From the NCBI GenBank assembly GCA_028534125.1, contig CM052816.1, forward strand, positions 101,866,001 to 101,930,000: DNA of 64,000 nt. The letters run 5' to 3'. Every line of letters begins with the position of its first letter. Within the stretch, counting starts at the first letter, position 1. This DNA comes from Lama glama (Eukaryota). Below the pieces are notes generated by a model. That model was given only the letters and a program-made list of their open reading frames with translations, did not search any database and had not been told where the DNA came from. Both the position numbers and the translations under genes were made by a program. This document shows, piece by piece, positions 33,401 through 46,700 of this stretch.

Positions 33401-36400
33401 GTTTTGACCTCATTTCCCTGACGACTGATGATGCTGGACATCTTTTCACACTTAACTTGCGTTGGTTTACCTGCTTCCTTGAAGTGTCTGTTCCTGTCTT
33501 TTGGCTGTTTTCTGATCAGATTTTTTTTTCATGTTGAGTTTGGACAGTTTTTACTGTGTTCTAGCTTCTAGTACTTTGTTGGCTGTCTGGTTTTCAGGTA
33601 TCTTCTCCCAGCCTGTAGCCTCTTAACAGAGTTTTCCATGGAGCAGAAGTTTTCGCTTTGATAAAGTCCAGCTTATCAGTATTTCCTTTGATGGCTCATG
33701 CTTTCAAATCCGAGTGTGGGGACGCGTAGCCTGGCCCTGAGTCCAGAAGGTTCTCTCTTGTGTCTTCCCTGCAGTGTTAGCTCTGCGTTTTACATGGAGT
33801 GCATGATCCATTTGGAGGTAATTTTTCTGTGAGGTGCGAGACAGGTTTTCTCTCTTCCTTTCTAACCCTTTCTTGCATTGTCTGGAACCTCCAGGATTGC
33901 TGAATAGTTCCTGATCTTGGAGGAAAGCAGTCGGTCTTTTCACCATTAAGTAAATGTTAGCTGTGGCATTTCAGCTTCAAATCTGGGACCACAAGGCAAA
34001 ATGAAGCCCCAGGGGACCCACTGCCACGGTGTCCTTGGGTGCCAAGATCCCTCGCCAGCCTGCCTGCTCCTGTCCGCCCTCCATGGGCGTCTTGTGTTAG
34101 TTCTATGTACAGCGTCCGGGTGCTTTGTTGTTCTTAGCGAGAAGAATAGGAGAGAGTACTTGTGTTCCATTTTCCCAAAAGCAGGACTCACAGCTCTTTC
34201 ATGTGCCTTCTGAAACTGAGGCTCCACCAAGTTATGTCTGCAGAGTCATGAGGCAGGACTCCCAGACCAGAACTGGGGTGTCCACCTACCGTTCCATCCT
34301 GCACTTTGGTCTCCATAGCTGCCCAGTCACCTTCTCTTCCTGGAGGCCCTCCTGATGAGCTATGTTCTGTGCTCCGATGTCAGGTGTGTGCCATGTTATT
34401 AATCAGCCTCCGCTGGCTCCATGTGTGAGGCATTGGACTCGGAGTGGGTTGGTACAGCAGGGCTAGCTCTGTCCTGCCCCACCCCTCAGCTTTAGGGACT
34501 GGAGGCTGTTTAAGTGAGGAAGGGTGCACTTGGTCTCATGGTTGTAGAATGAAGGCGGCTCTTAGGCGCCTGGAAGTGCTGTCCTCATGGGTGACAGTGA
34601 CATCGGGACCAGGGGACAGGCCGCACAGCAAGGACACTGCCTTGGTGTTGATGGGGAGGGACCATCAAGAGCAGAAAGAGAACCGACGGTTGATGGACAC
34701 TCCAGCAGTTTCCACTGGGGGGTGGACACCAGGGAGGCAGAGGAAGTGGGAGAGAAATGTGTGAGCCCCCTGGCTGCATTTGGAGGGCTGGGTGTAAAAT
34801 GATGCTTTAAGTGGTCCTCTTGGTGCCTTTGAAGGTTTACTGAGCAATCCTGCTGTTTTCCAAGGGGCTCAGATCCCTGCTGCTACTCACAAATACTGGC
34901 CGGACGAGTTGTCACTGTGAAAGGCTAGGACCCAGCGTGGCTGCCCCCACATTGATGAAATTACTGGGCAGGAGTGTATCCTATACCAGTGGAGGCGTCA
35001 CACCATCTTCCTCTTATTGTTGGTGGGATGGGGACTAGTTGGCAACAACACCCAGGGCCAGACACCTGCTGGCCCCAGGCTTTGTGGTCGTCAGACTCCC
35101 GTTCTCTGACCTTGGCCTTCTCCACGCTGCAGGTGCCTGGTGACTCCTCACTTTGTGAGGCAAAGCTGGGTGTTACCCACCCCAGCTCTCCGCACTCTTC
35201 TGTCCCGTGTTTGTGAGGTTATGATGGGGCCTCATCTTGTCTTGAGGCTGAACTCCTAGCTCCTTATTTATGTGGCCCCTGTTGGAACATAAGCAAACAT
35301 CTTGGGCTTCAGCTGTTTACTTCTGATGAGCAGGCAAAGCTGAACACGCTTGGAACTTAGTTCTGCAATAACCTGACTGAGAGTGTTTGAAGCATACTCA
35401 CCCACGTTCATTCTTAAACCTTGCCAGTGGTACGTGAGGGCTCTGTGCCCAGAGCAAACGGTGATGGGCTTGGGAGCAAAAGAAAGCAGTGGTAGATTTT
35501 CTCAGCCTCAAAAACTCGGAGGCTGAAAGGCAGATTCTCTGCAGCCGTCCCGTGCTTGTCTTTGGGAGCCCTTATCTGATTTTTAAGTTAAGAACTTTGT
35601 GTATTATGTAGTTTCATACAAAATGCTATCTTATTCGTACCTCTCAAGACTTAAGATTTTATTGAAATGCTGTTCTTAGCAGCTTTATGTTTTCTTTAAA
35701 GATTATAGAACTTGTGCTCTGATTTTTCATTACACGTGTTTTCCTCCCCCAACTCATTTGTGCAGGTTGGATTTGGTCTAGGGAGTCCCAGAAAGAAATA
35801 GAAGCTGAGAGGGAAGCATGTCGTCAGAGAACAGCTGCCTTCCAGCAGGACCTCGAAGCCAAGTACCAGGCCACAATCTCAGAGAGTCGGCGTGCCGTGG
35901 CCCAGTTGTCCCTGGAGCTTGAAAAGGAGCAGAACAGGACGACTAGTTACCGAGAAGCCCTCATCTCTCAGGGGCGCAGGATGGTGGAGGAAAGGAAGCT
36001 TCTGGAGCAGGAACGGGCGCGGGTCCTGCGGGAGAATGCACAGCCCCTGCGGAGGGCCTACCTGAGCTGCCTGGACAGGGAGGAGGACTGGCAGCGGAGG
36101 GCCCGGCTCCTGCTGCGGGAGCTGGAAGGTGCCCTCACTGAGAGGCAGGGCATTTACTGCAGCCTCCTGCTCCCACGCCGCCGCCGGCTGGAGCTAGAGA
36201 AGAGCTGGCTGGTCCGAGCGTCCACGGACCCAGTAGCTGTGGACCTGGGGGTGGCGGCTGGCCTGGTTGACATATTCAAGCATGACACGTACTGTGGTGA
36301 CGTCTGGAACACCGACAGGCGCCAGAATGGGAGGCTTATGTGGCTGTATCTCAAGTACTGGGAACTGGTCGTGGAGCTGAAGAAGTTCAGGAGCGCGGAG

Positions 36401-36436
36401 AAGGCCATCCTGGAAGAGGAGGCCAGAGTGAAGTGA
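30353..36436 (+). CDS. CCDC127: Coiled-coil domain-containing protein 127; coding exons 30353-30473 and 35766-36436, 263 aa
   Basis: MNNLNNPPNWNIRPNSRADGGDGSRWNYALLVPMLGLAAFR|WIWSRESQKEIEAE...NGRLMWLYLKYWELVVELKKF; phase-1 intron C|gtaagt...tgcag|GT. Confidence 0.96.
30557..30993 (-). mobile_element. Solo ERV1-type LTR
   Basis: TG...CA termini (tgttgac...ttgttgaca), near-matching 4-bp flanks cagc/caga, minus-strand AATAAA near 30610; shares agcctctcaga and aaagattac blocks with the copy at 32.4 kb. Confidence 0.6.
31479..31997 (-). mobile_element. Solo ERV1 LTR, MER41/MER4-group-like
   Basis: TG...CA termini; tatgccaaagag...gggtggcatattctg end resembles MER4-group LTRs as recalled. Confidence 0.55.
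32414..32960 (-). mobile_element. Solo ERV1-type LTR related to 30557-30993, apparently interrupted near 32650-32750
   Basis: Shared blocks aagttgag, ctgagga, agcctctcaga, gggaggagc, aaagattac, agttaatg; boundaries approximate. Confidence 0.55.
33240..33960 (-). mobile_element. Degenerate L1 ORF2 fragments, antisense
   Basis: tttttgagaaagtgccagatg...gtggttttgacctcatttccctgacgactgatgatgctgga...atcttctcccag...gagcagaagtttt are typical antisense L1 text. Confidence 0.75.
35766..36436 (+). CDS. CCDC127: CCDC127 last coding exon
   Basis: 671 nt; E/R/Q-rich coiled coil; TGA at 36434-36436. Confidence 0.96.
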
Positions 36437-39400
36437 CTCGAGGGTGGGCGGGCCTCTGGCTGGGTCAGTCCCTGGGACTGATCCTCTGCCGGTGCCGCCC
36501 TGGCTGCGCCTGCGCACTCACAGCCACTTCTTCCGCCCCGCTCCCCCGAGCAGGACCTCAGGCCTTGGGAGACAGGGCTCCCGCTCCATCCCCTTCCGCA
36601 GCTAAGGACGCAGATTCTCAGAAGCACTTTTTACACTGCCCATGTTTTATTAGGCAGAACAGTATAACCTCCTATTTCAGCTTTAGGAAAAATTTATTAG
36701 CCGTGATGTATAATTAAAACACCTGCAATTGAAAAGCAAGTATGCCACTTTTTATGAGTGTGATTCCTTCCTCTTTACAAAGCAGTTTTTTTATAGGAGT
36801 TATCTCAAGTTTTACTGCAAACTTAGGCCCATTTTCCACAAAGCTAATACGAACTGGCTTCTGCATGCTTTAGGCACATCCCCCGTGTCATCCTGCCCCG
36901 GGTCCTATGCGGAAGGACTGTCGCTACCCATGGGGTGGAGTCCTTGCGACCTCACCAGGCTTAGCGACCCGCTGAGGGTGCTGAGGACTCGGCACGTGAT
37001 CGCACGCACAGCTGAGACTCATGCAGGAAGGGTGCAAGGCCAGGTCAGCAGAGGGACAGGCACAGCTCTGAGTCCTGCCCATGGTCACGGCCACGCGGAG
37101 GCTCCTCAGACAGTGTCCTGGGTTTCCTCGGAGGGTGGGTTGCATGGCACCCTCTGCCTGGCACAGACCCAGTTCCAAACCCCTCAAAGAAAGCAGGTTC
37201 TGTGTCCAAGCTGTAGGCAGGGTATGGGTGGAGGGAGCCCTCCTATCGGAGTGCAGGTGCCAGCAGAGGGCCGCGGTCTTGGACTGCTGTAGGGCTCTGT
37301 ACCACCCCGTTTGGCGGGTGAGGGACCTGGAACTGAGGCGCGGTCACACTTGTGGTACTGGAGCCAGAAGGAACCCAGGCAGCTTGGCCTCAGGTCTCTC
37401 TGACCCACGTGAGACCAGATCCTTTTTGAGTAACTGAGCGGGTTATGTGGGACGATGCCAGAAGTGCCCTTCTCTGCCTTCCACCTGCGGTTTGACAGAA
37501 ATAGCTCTCTGTTTTTCTGCATTAGGACTCTGGCAGCAAGCAACAGAGATCAGTTCAGGCCAGCCTGGCCAGTTAAAGGGGCTTGTTTTAAGGCTGCCTG
37601 ATGAAACCTCAGGGCAAGAATGGAGAGTCGGCCAAGCATCAGAGAAGAACCAGAAACGGCTCTTAAACATCAAGAGCCTTGGAGTGATGACTCTGGCCTG
37701 AGATCTCTGTGTGTGTTTAATCTCTCCCTGCAAACCCGCTTTCTCTGCTCAGAACCCGCAATAAGAGCAGCCACCTGTCCTCCCACGAGTGGCCAAATCC
37801 AGGAAACAGTGGGCTGCACGTTGTTGTGGCAAGCGAGCGAGAGTTGGGGCTGAGAGAAGAAAGCGGGGCACCAACGTGGGCAGCCCTGGGGAAGGAAGCT
37901 CACCTCCTGCAGGCCCTCTGGCAAGTCAGGGATTATGTCAGGATGGTAGGGTTGCAAGGGGGCCTGAACCACATCCCTGAGGGCTCCTAGGCCAAAGCCG
38001 TGCCTCTAGAGGCAGAGCCCCGAGTGGGACGGTGGTGGTCAGCCCTTGCCTGCCTTAGGCCATGCTCAGTCCCTCATTGCCTGCTGCTTGTTGAAGTCAG
38101 GCCTCTGCTCCTGGAGGAAGTGCAGGCTTTGGGGTCCAGGCGGAGGGGGATGTGCCACTGTGGGTAGTCAATGTGCAACCCTGTATTTAACCTCCCTCCT
38201 GGACCTGCTGGCGCCTTCGGGGCTCATGACCAGTGGAGGCGGGGGTGTTAACCATGGGAGGACAGGGAGTTCTGGCCCCTCTCTTGAGGGCTGTAGCTCC
38301 AGTGGGGTGGCTCAGTGGTGGCTGCTGCCTGCAGGCCAGGGCTGACTATCGCAGGTGACACCATGGAATTGGGTCCTGGGTTGGTGGAGGCAGGTAGGCG
38401 AACCCCATGATGGGTGTCAAGACCCCAGTACACTTTTCCATGGGGCCTGCCAGCGGCTGGTGGAGAGGAGGATTCCTGGGATCTGGTGGGTGGCAGCTGA
38501 CGAGGGGGCTGCAGACTGAAGTCCCCAGGTCTTTGGCCGCGGCCACTGCACAGAGTCCACTGGGTCTGCAGGTGTCTCCTAAGCTCCAAGTATGTAATTG
38601 AAGAGAACCGTCTGGAGCAAGAACTGTTATGGTGGGAAGGACAAGAGGAAGCCACCAGATCTGTGCCACTCTTTGCCAGGGTGGTCAACAGGAGGCAGTG
38701 CTGATTCTTGGAGGAAGGGCAGTGATGAGTCCACTGCAGGGGGCTGAAGGAGGCAACGGTGGGGGTCCCCCCCATGCCCAGGACAGTGGTTCGCATGTGC
38801 CCAGGATGAGGGCCCCAACATGCCCAGGACAGGGGTGCCCATCTTGGTAGTCCCTATGTGCCCAGGATGGTGATCCCATAATGTCCCCGTTCAATTCAAA
38901 TATCTGGCCGCTCAGAAGACCAGGTGGGTTTGGACAGGTAACAGCCCCCTGCTACAAGCCCACCAGGAGGAGCCCCAGTCCAGCTTCATTGTGGCGTTTT
39001 CACACCCGCTTGATCCTTGGCCCTCTGCTGAGTGCATTTTCTGTCCCACTCAGTTTGCCCTTGTGTGTGAGCCCTGCCCTCTTCAGCACAAGAAGTACAG
39101 GGGCGCTCCTGGGCCCTGGCAGATACCCCCACCCTCGTCACAGCCAGTATCACACCTGCATGCTCAGGGCCACCAGTCTTGGGCTGGGCAGGTGCAGGCA
39201 AAACCCATCGTGGCTGCAAGTGGCACATTCAGGATTGGGGCTGAGCAGGTCCCCTGAATGAGTGCATCCATGCCCTGGGATGTGTGGGAGGTGTGGGTCT
39301 ACCCTGGGCTTCTCTGTGTGCCTCAGAATTGCTCTAGGTGAGCCTCCCAGCCTCTTCAGTTTCATAAGAATGGGTTACTCCTCCAGGTGAGGCGGGGGCT

Positions 39401-40225
39401 GTCAGGAGCAGTCTCCACCTGTGTGCCCACTCCTGCCCCAAGTTTCAGGTCCTAGGCCACCGCAGCATCTCTGGGCCCTTGTCTACTACAGCTGCTTGGC
39501 TCAGCCATGCACATGCTGGATTCTACCCACTGACCACACAGAGGCCAGGTCTCTTGTCAAGAAAATTCTACGGGCACAATCAGCAGAAGCTACTCTGCTC
39601 TTTAGGGTTAGAATCAAATCATTTCAAAAAACTTTCCCCCGTGCCTACTCTCCAAGAACTTGCAGTAGCAAAGTCCATATGGCTGAAATTGGGTTCCAAT
39701 GAGACTTTACCAGCGCAACACATCTGAGGAGATGTGCAGAGGCTAGCTAAGAAAGCAGAGCTGAGGAGCCCAAGGAGTGAGAAGTTACCACATCCCTCCC
39801 TGCTCCTGCCCACTCAGGGGCATCAGCTCTTTCCTGAAGACCCAGGAGGAAGGTTATTGCCTTCCTAGCAGGCAGACCCCCGAGAGATGACTCTCACTCC
39901 ACCTGGGGGAGGGGCAGCGCAGGAGCACAGGGAGGGGGACACATCTGGGGGAGGGGCCGCGTGGAGTCGGACCAGAGGGCAGAGCCCACTCACACGATGA
40001 CTCAGACCCCCACTGAGCACTCGGCTCTGTTGTGAGGAGCTTTCGGCCACACACACATCAAACACTAGCCTCTCTCTTGATAAAATGTTTTATTTTCATA
40101 CTCTTAGGTCTTTCCCAAGCCTGTACACAGAGCACAGGCTCCAGTCTAACTGGAGACCCCCTCTGCAGGTTTTCCAAAAATAGAATTGAATCTGCCCTTT
40201 GAGCTGTTTCTCCTTTCCAACTCTG

Positions 40226-42250
40226 ACAAAAGGCATTTGACAAAATTCAACATCCATTTATGGTAAAAACTTCCAACAAAGTGGGTATGGAGGGATGTAC
40301 CTCAATATAATACAGGCCTTATAAGACAAGCCCAGAGCTAACATCATACCCAGTGGTGAAAACTGGAGAACATTTCCTGTAAAATCAGGAATAGAACAAG
40401 GATATCCACTCTCCCCACTTTGATTCAACACAGCACTGGAACCCCTAGCCACAGCAGTCACACAAGAAAGAGAAATAAAAGGAGTCCAAGTTGGAAAGGA
40501 AGATGTAAANNNNNNNNNNNNNNNNNNNNNNNNNNNNNNNNNNNNNNNNNNNNNNNNNNNNNNNNNNNNNNNNNNNNNNNNNNNNNNNNNNNNNNNNNNN
40601 NNNNNNNNNNNNNNNNNNNNNNNNNNNNNNNNNNNNNNNNNNNNNNNNNCACTAAAAATGCACTATCAGAAAGAGAAATAAAGAAAACAATCCCATTTAT
40701 AATTGCATCAAAAATATGAATAAATTTAACCAGGAAGGTGGAAGACCTGTATGCTGAAAATGACAAGATGTTAATGAAACAAACTGAAGAAGCTATTTCA
40801 TTCTCATGGATTGGAAGAATTAATATTGCTAAAATGTCCATTCCACCAAAAGCAATATGCAGAATCAATGCAATCCCTATCAAAATTCCAATGGCATATT
40901 TCACAGAAATAGAACAAAAAATCCTAAAATTTGTGTGGAACCATAAAAGACCCCAAATGGTCNNNNNNNNNNNNNNNNNNNNNNNNNNNNNNNNNNNNNN
41001 NNNNNNNNNNNNNNNNNNNNNNNNNNNNNNNNNNNNNNNNNNNNNNNNNNNNNNNNNNNNNNNNNNNNNNNNNNNNNNNNNNNNNNNNNNNNNNNNNNNN
41101 NNNNNNNNNNNNNNNNNNTATATAGTCAGTTAATTTATGGCAAGAATATACAATGAGGAAAAGGCAGCTGCCTCAATAAATAGTGCTAGAAAAACTGGAC
41201 AGCCACGAGCAAGAGTGGACCACTGTCTTCCAACACACATGAAAAATTAACTCAAACTTGACCATAAGACCTGAAATCATAAAACATAGTTGGTAAGCTC
41301 CCCGCCATCAGTCTTGGAAATGATCTTTTTAATCTAACACCTAAAGCAACAGACACAAAAGCAAAAATAAACAAGTGAGACTATATCAAACTAAAAACCT
41401 TCTGCACGGCAAAGAAAACCATCAACAAAAAAAGGGCAAACTACAGAATGCGAAAAAATACTTGCAAATCATGTACCTTATAAAGGGCTAATGCCCAAAA
41501 TATATAAATAATTTATCAGCTCATTTGGAAAAAAAGTTAACAGTTTAATTGAGAAATGGCCAGAACATCTGAAGAGACATGAAAAGATGCTCAATTACCA
41601 CTTATCACCAAAGAAAAGCAAATCAAAACCACAATGAGATATCACTTCACACCTGTCAGAATGACCATGATCAAAATGACAAGCAATAACAAGTGCTGGA
41701 AATGGTGTGGGAAAAAGGGAGCCCTTGTGCACTCTTGGTGAAAATGTAAATTGGTGAAGCCACTATGGAGAACAGGACGGAGGCTCCTCAAGAAATTAAC
41801 CTTAGAACTACCATATGATTCAGCAATTCTACTTCTGAGTGTTTATCCAAAAAAAAAAAATTCACTATTCGGAAAGATATCTACACCCTCGTGTTTGTTG
41901 CAGCATTATTTACAATAGCCAAGGGCAACCTAAGTGTTCATCAACAGATGACTGGATAAATGTGTGNNNNNNNNNNNNNNNNNNNNNNNNNNNNNNNNNN
42001 NNNNNNNNNNNNNNNNNNNNNNNNNNNNNNNNNNNNNNNNNNNNNNNNNNNNNNNNNNNNNNNNNNNNNNNNNNNNNNNNNNNNNNNNNNNNNNNNNNNN
42101 NNNNNNNNNNNNNNTTTATAGACTGAGATATAGATATATGTCTCCACGCTCATGGACACAGAGAACAGACTGGTGGTCGCCAGAGGTGGAGGGGCCGTGT
42201 GGGGCAGAAATGGGTGAACTGATTTTGTTTTTGTTTAAATAAATGAAATC
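40226..42250 (+). mobile_element. 5'-truncated, degenerate LINE-1 (RT region of ORF2 through 3' UTR) with three N blocks
   Basis: Remnants [79 protein letters not shown]; stops and frameshifts present. Confidence 0.95.
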
Positions 42251-42400
42251 ATGAGAAAACCACAAACAGGCAACAAGCATATGGAGACATGCCCGGCTTC
42301 ATGAACGTCTGGGAAATACACAGTAATACAAGACGTTTTATCGTGCACTAGATTTAAAAAGAAAGAAAGCAAACCACATCTGAACAAGCCACACTTCTGT

Positions 42401-42406
42401 TTTATT
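42401..42406 (-). terminator. Probable LRRC14B polyadenylation signal AATAAA
   Basis: TTTATT on + about 740 nt after the stop, followed on the minus strand by GT/T-rich sequence. Confidence 0.7.
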
Positions 42407-43147
42407 AGTATTTAATTATTCTAATACTCAGCCCTTTACACAAATCAGATCTTGGTAGAAACCAAGTCCAGACTTTGGAATTAACCACTCCTCAAGCGCC
42501 AGGACTCAGACAACTGCCCAGAGGAGTCCGAGCCCCACACCCACCCCGGCCTAGAGTCTGTGGAGGTGGGAGTGGGAGCAGTAGCTGATGGGACATCACA
42601 GTCCTGACTGCGAGTCAGAGGCTGCCCTGTGCTGGGGGCTCCGCCTGGCACCAGCAGAGCCCAGGCCTGCCGCCCACCGGCAGAGAGCAGGGACAGAGCC
42701 ATAAACGATCAAAGCCCACGTCCTCGCTGGACTGGAGTTTGGGGGCGGCCCTGTGGGCTCCCTGCACCCCTGGAGCCAGCCACTGCCTCAAGGGACCCAC
42801 CTTGCAGCTCGCTTTTACTCTCCTCAGCTGCTTGCTGTCATCCTCTCATCTACACCGCACACGGACTGAAGTCCAGGCACATGGGGACCGGGCTGGCCAC
42901 GCCCGCGGGGTCGGGTGCTCCTCTGCTGTCACCGCTGCGGTGGTCACCCCCGGAGCTTCCCGCTCCAGGACCGCACTGCGCTCAGACACCCCACAGTCGC
43001 CGCCACTGCTCCTGGAGAGCAGGTTCCTGCTCGGACAGTGCCTAAAGGACGCCTCGCAGCTTTCACAAGAGATGCTTGGGATGCTGGTGGTCTGGCCGAG
43101 CCCAGGGCACCAGCCGTGTAGCAGCCCCGCCTTGGGCCATCCAGGGC

Positions 43148-43793
43148 CTACTCCATTTGCTTCAGTGCTCTGGAAAACTTTTCCAGAGCAGTTTTGAAAG
43201 CTTGCAGCAGGAAAGCTCCAAGTTCATTGCTGGTTTCTTGAATGTCTGGGTCGAAACTTCCGAAGAGGGGCGTGGAGACCTGGATGTCGCCCCGGCCGTT
43301 CCGCAGCAGCACCGTGCGCAGGTCCTCGGCGATCACGTCGTATTTCTGCTGGTCAAATTTGGTCATGGCCAGCTCGTCTTGCGGGTAGGCGCTGCCCTCT
43401 GGGTAGCAGTCCTTGGGAACTGGAAACTCCACACACTGCAGCCCGGGGAGCTCACAGAGAGCTGCAAAAAGGCGCTTGAGGGCACGGGCCGACAGTGGGT
43501 TCCCCAAGAACCGGAGCTCACGCAGCCGATGGCAGGGGCTCAGGGCCAGGATCAGCGTGCTCACATGGCGGTCTGTGATGCTGCACTCCTCCAGGGTGAG
43601 GGCCCTCAGTGTTGGGGCGGCGTGGCCCAGCAGCCGGAAGAAGGACGAGGGGAACCGGTCCAGCAGGCTGTGGCCGCTGAGGTCCAGCACCTCCAGGTGG
43701 GCCACGTGGGTGCAGTCTGCCAAGAAGGCCATGTCCGCATGGTTCAGGGAGCAGCTGGCCAGGTCCAGCACTCTCAGCGGGGTCCTCAGGGGG
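43148..43793 (-). CDS. LRRC14B: LRRC14B coding exon 2
   Basis: 646 nt; LRR units; TAG at 43148-43150. Confidence 0.96.
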
Positions 43794-46700
43794 CTGCGGG
43801 CAGGGCGGGAAGCAGCGCCGGTGAGAGGGGCCCTCCCGCCGCAGGAGCTCTGGGGCTGTTTAGGCCAGTCCTGTCCCGAGCGCCAAACCTACCGGCCCCT
43901 GACTTCATTCAGTGTAAGAGAGCTGAAATGGTTTTTGCGTGTTAAATAGTTGGACAAGTCAAAAGAAGAATATTTTGTGACGTGTGACAGTGATATGAAA
44001 TTCAAGTTCCAGTGCCCATAAATAAAGTGTAGTTGGAACACAGCCAGGAACTTTCATTGACCTACTGCTAGTTGGCTGCCTTGGGGTGATGGCAGAGCTG
44101 GGTCATGGAGACAGTGTGTGGTCATGTCCAGGAAGAGCTAACTTTACCCAGAGAAGACAGGCCTGGCCCTTGTCCTCAGCAACTAAAGTAATAAATCTGT
44201 TTTGTCGGCATGTTGTGTGTTCACAAGCTTATTGTGGGGCAGTGAGATAGCTGTGAACTGGCAGGAAATGAAACACTGGCTTGGCTCTGAATGAAGAGAC
44301 AAAGCCCACGGTTTTAGGGCTGAGTGCGCCTTGGAGCTATCCGGTCCGTCCTTAGCATCACCTGGGACCTGAAAGCCCCTCTGGCGCTCTGAACCAGGTG
44401 TGTAGGTGGCTGGCATCAGGAAACACATGGGTGGGTGAGTCACTGTCCTGCCCGCGGTTCTCAAAGTCAGGAACAGACCCACACCCGCCCTCTGGGATGC
44501 TGGGCCTGGGTCGGGGTCAGCTGGCTGAGTGCTGAGTGCCAGGGGACATAGGGCCCCGCTCTCTGTCCTGTCCGCCTGCTGAGAATGCCGTTCCCACTGC
44601 CTCCTGCACCTGTACTCTGTGTGCAGAGTGCCCGCCCCACGGCCTGGCTCTGCAGAGGCAGCTGCTCAGGTTTTGAGCTGCGGGCAGTGTTTCCACATCC
44701 AGCCACAAGGAGCCCTCTCACCACCTGCACTGCTCCCTACCCTTGGGGGGGCCTCCGGTGTGGAAAAGGGTCAAAGGGCAGGCCTGACTGCCCACCTGCA
44801 TCTGGGAGCTTGGATTTAGGGAGGGTCCCTCACCCAACTGATGAGGGGTCCCTGGCCTGAGCTGTTTGCACAAACAACGTGGTCCCTGCCTGACACCTTT
44901 CTCCTTCTGGGGTCTGGAATCTCGGTGTGTGCCAGGCTGGGGTGCCCACCCAACCACTCAAGGTAAAACCCCTGGGCCTGTGTCTCTAATGTAAACCTCC
45001 CATATGTCATCACAGTGGGTGCTGGCTACACTGGGACGAGACTCTGGACTCCTGCCCATCTCCTCCAGACCCCATTCCACAAGCCTTTTTCTTTGGTGGA
45101 TTCTGCCCTGTGTCCTTCTGCTATAATAAATCTCAGCAGAGAGTCTTCAGTGGGACGCACCAAACCTGGGTGGTCTTCGGGGTCCTGCTCTGTCTGCCTG
45201 TCCCTTCATCTGAGTCTGTTGTGTGGGCCAAGGAAGCAGAGTGACGCTTGTAACATGAAGCTGATCGCACATCATCCTGCTCAGAGCCTCCGGGGCTTGG
45301 CCTGTCTCTTCTGTCCCTCCTTTCCTCCCCTCCCTGCTCCCTCCCTCACGTGCCGGCTCCTGATCTCAGTCCTCTCCCTGTGGACCAACCCCTGTCCTGC
45401 CTCACCCCAGCTCAGGCCCTTCACCTGCAGGGTTCCTGCCTAGCATGCCCTCTCCAAGCCCTCCGCCCGCCCACTGTGTCAGGCCTCTGCTCGAAGGTCA
45501 CCTGGGGACCCAGACCACCCACTGCTCTCCCTGCCACTTAGGCCTGACACACTCCACGCCTGGACCGTCCTGGGGCCGTGGACAGGCTCTCAGCAACCAG
45601 CTGACCGAAGCCCACAGGTGTGCAGAGCAGAGGGTCAGAGTATGTGGGGTGATGTCAGGGCCCAGCTAACAAGACAGCCCCGCAGGCCTGTGAAGAGTCA
45701 TCTGGCTGGTGGAACACATGTCCCCAGAGCGCAGGCACCTCTGGCTGAGGACCCAGGTCAGCCAAACACAGGACCATCCTGAGGGTCCCAGGGAGTCACC
45801 GTGTGGCAGAGCTGTATTTGTGTGTGGACTCGAGGGCCACCTCGCCCAAGGTGGGAGACTGGGTGCTGGGGTGGAGGAGCAGGAATGGGGAGAGCCCAGG
45901 TGTCCCCCAGGGGAGGGGAGGCAAACGTGGGCCCGGCCAACTGGGGCCAGCTACCTCGGGCTTCCTCTGAGTCAAAGAGAAATTCCTGTAAGTCAAAGAC
46001 AGCCTAAACCTGAAAAGACATCCTCACACTCACTGGCTCAAGGAATGGGAAGTTTAATTTTCCATAAATTTTTATAAGCATATTCATAGCTGGTGGCTGC
46101 CAAGGTGGCCCTGCGGCCCTCGGACATTCCAAACCTCCTGTAGTGCCCTCCCCTCACCTAGTGACCGGCCCTCGCCACACAATGTGCAGAAGCAACCACG
46201 CGGTGCTCTCCAGGGAAGGTTACAGGAGGCTGGCCTCCATCTGGAGGACTCCCGGTGGCCTGTGGAGCGGCTCATGTGCTGAGGAGCCGAGGCTGTCAAC
46301 AGCCATGTGATTGAGCGTGGAAGCAGATGGCCCCACCTTTCCACCCCAACAAGCCTTCAGGGGAGACCCTAGCTGCCCTCCCCAGGCTCCTGTCTTGTCA
46401 TAAGCCCCAGCATTGGGTGAATTTGTTTACCACAGGTCATGGATCTACTTCTATGTTGTTTGCTTGCTAATTAGGACGTTTCCCTTTTTCTTACAACTGG
46501 AGACAGTCTTCCTTGAGTCCTGATGCTCCCAGGTTTCACACAACAGCAGCCTCGGCCAGGCCACCTCCTCCTCTGTCTGTCCCCTCCTGCTGCTCTGGGC
46601 CGGGCAAAAGTCAAGAAGCTGGGGGCTTGTGGCTTTGTAAGTAACCAGTCTGATTTGCAGTCTTGCAGCGTGTCCTAAGCTGGGCTCTAGGGAGGGTCCC

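Noticed and set aside
43076-43949. 289-aa and 178-aa + strand ORFs
   Set aside because: Antisense shadows of GC-rich LRRC14B exon 2.
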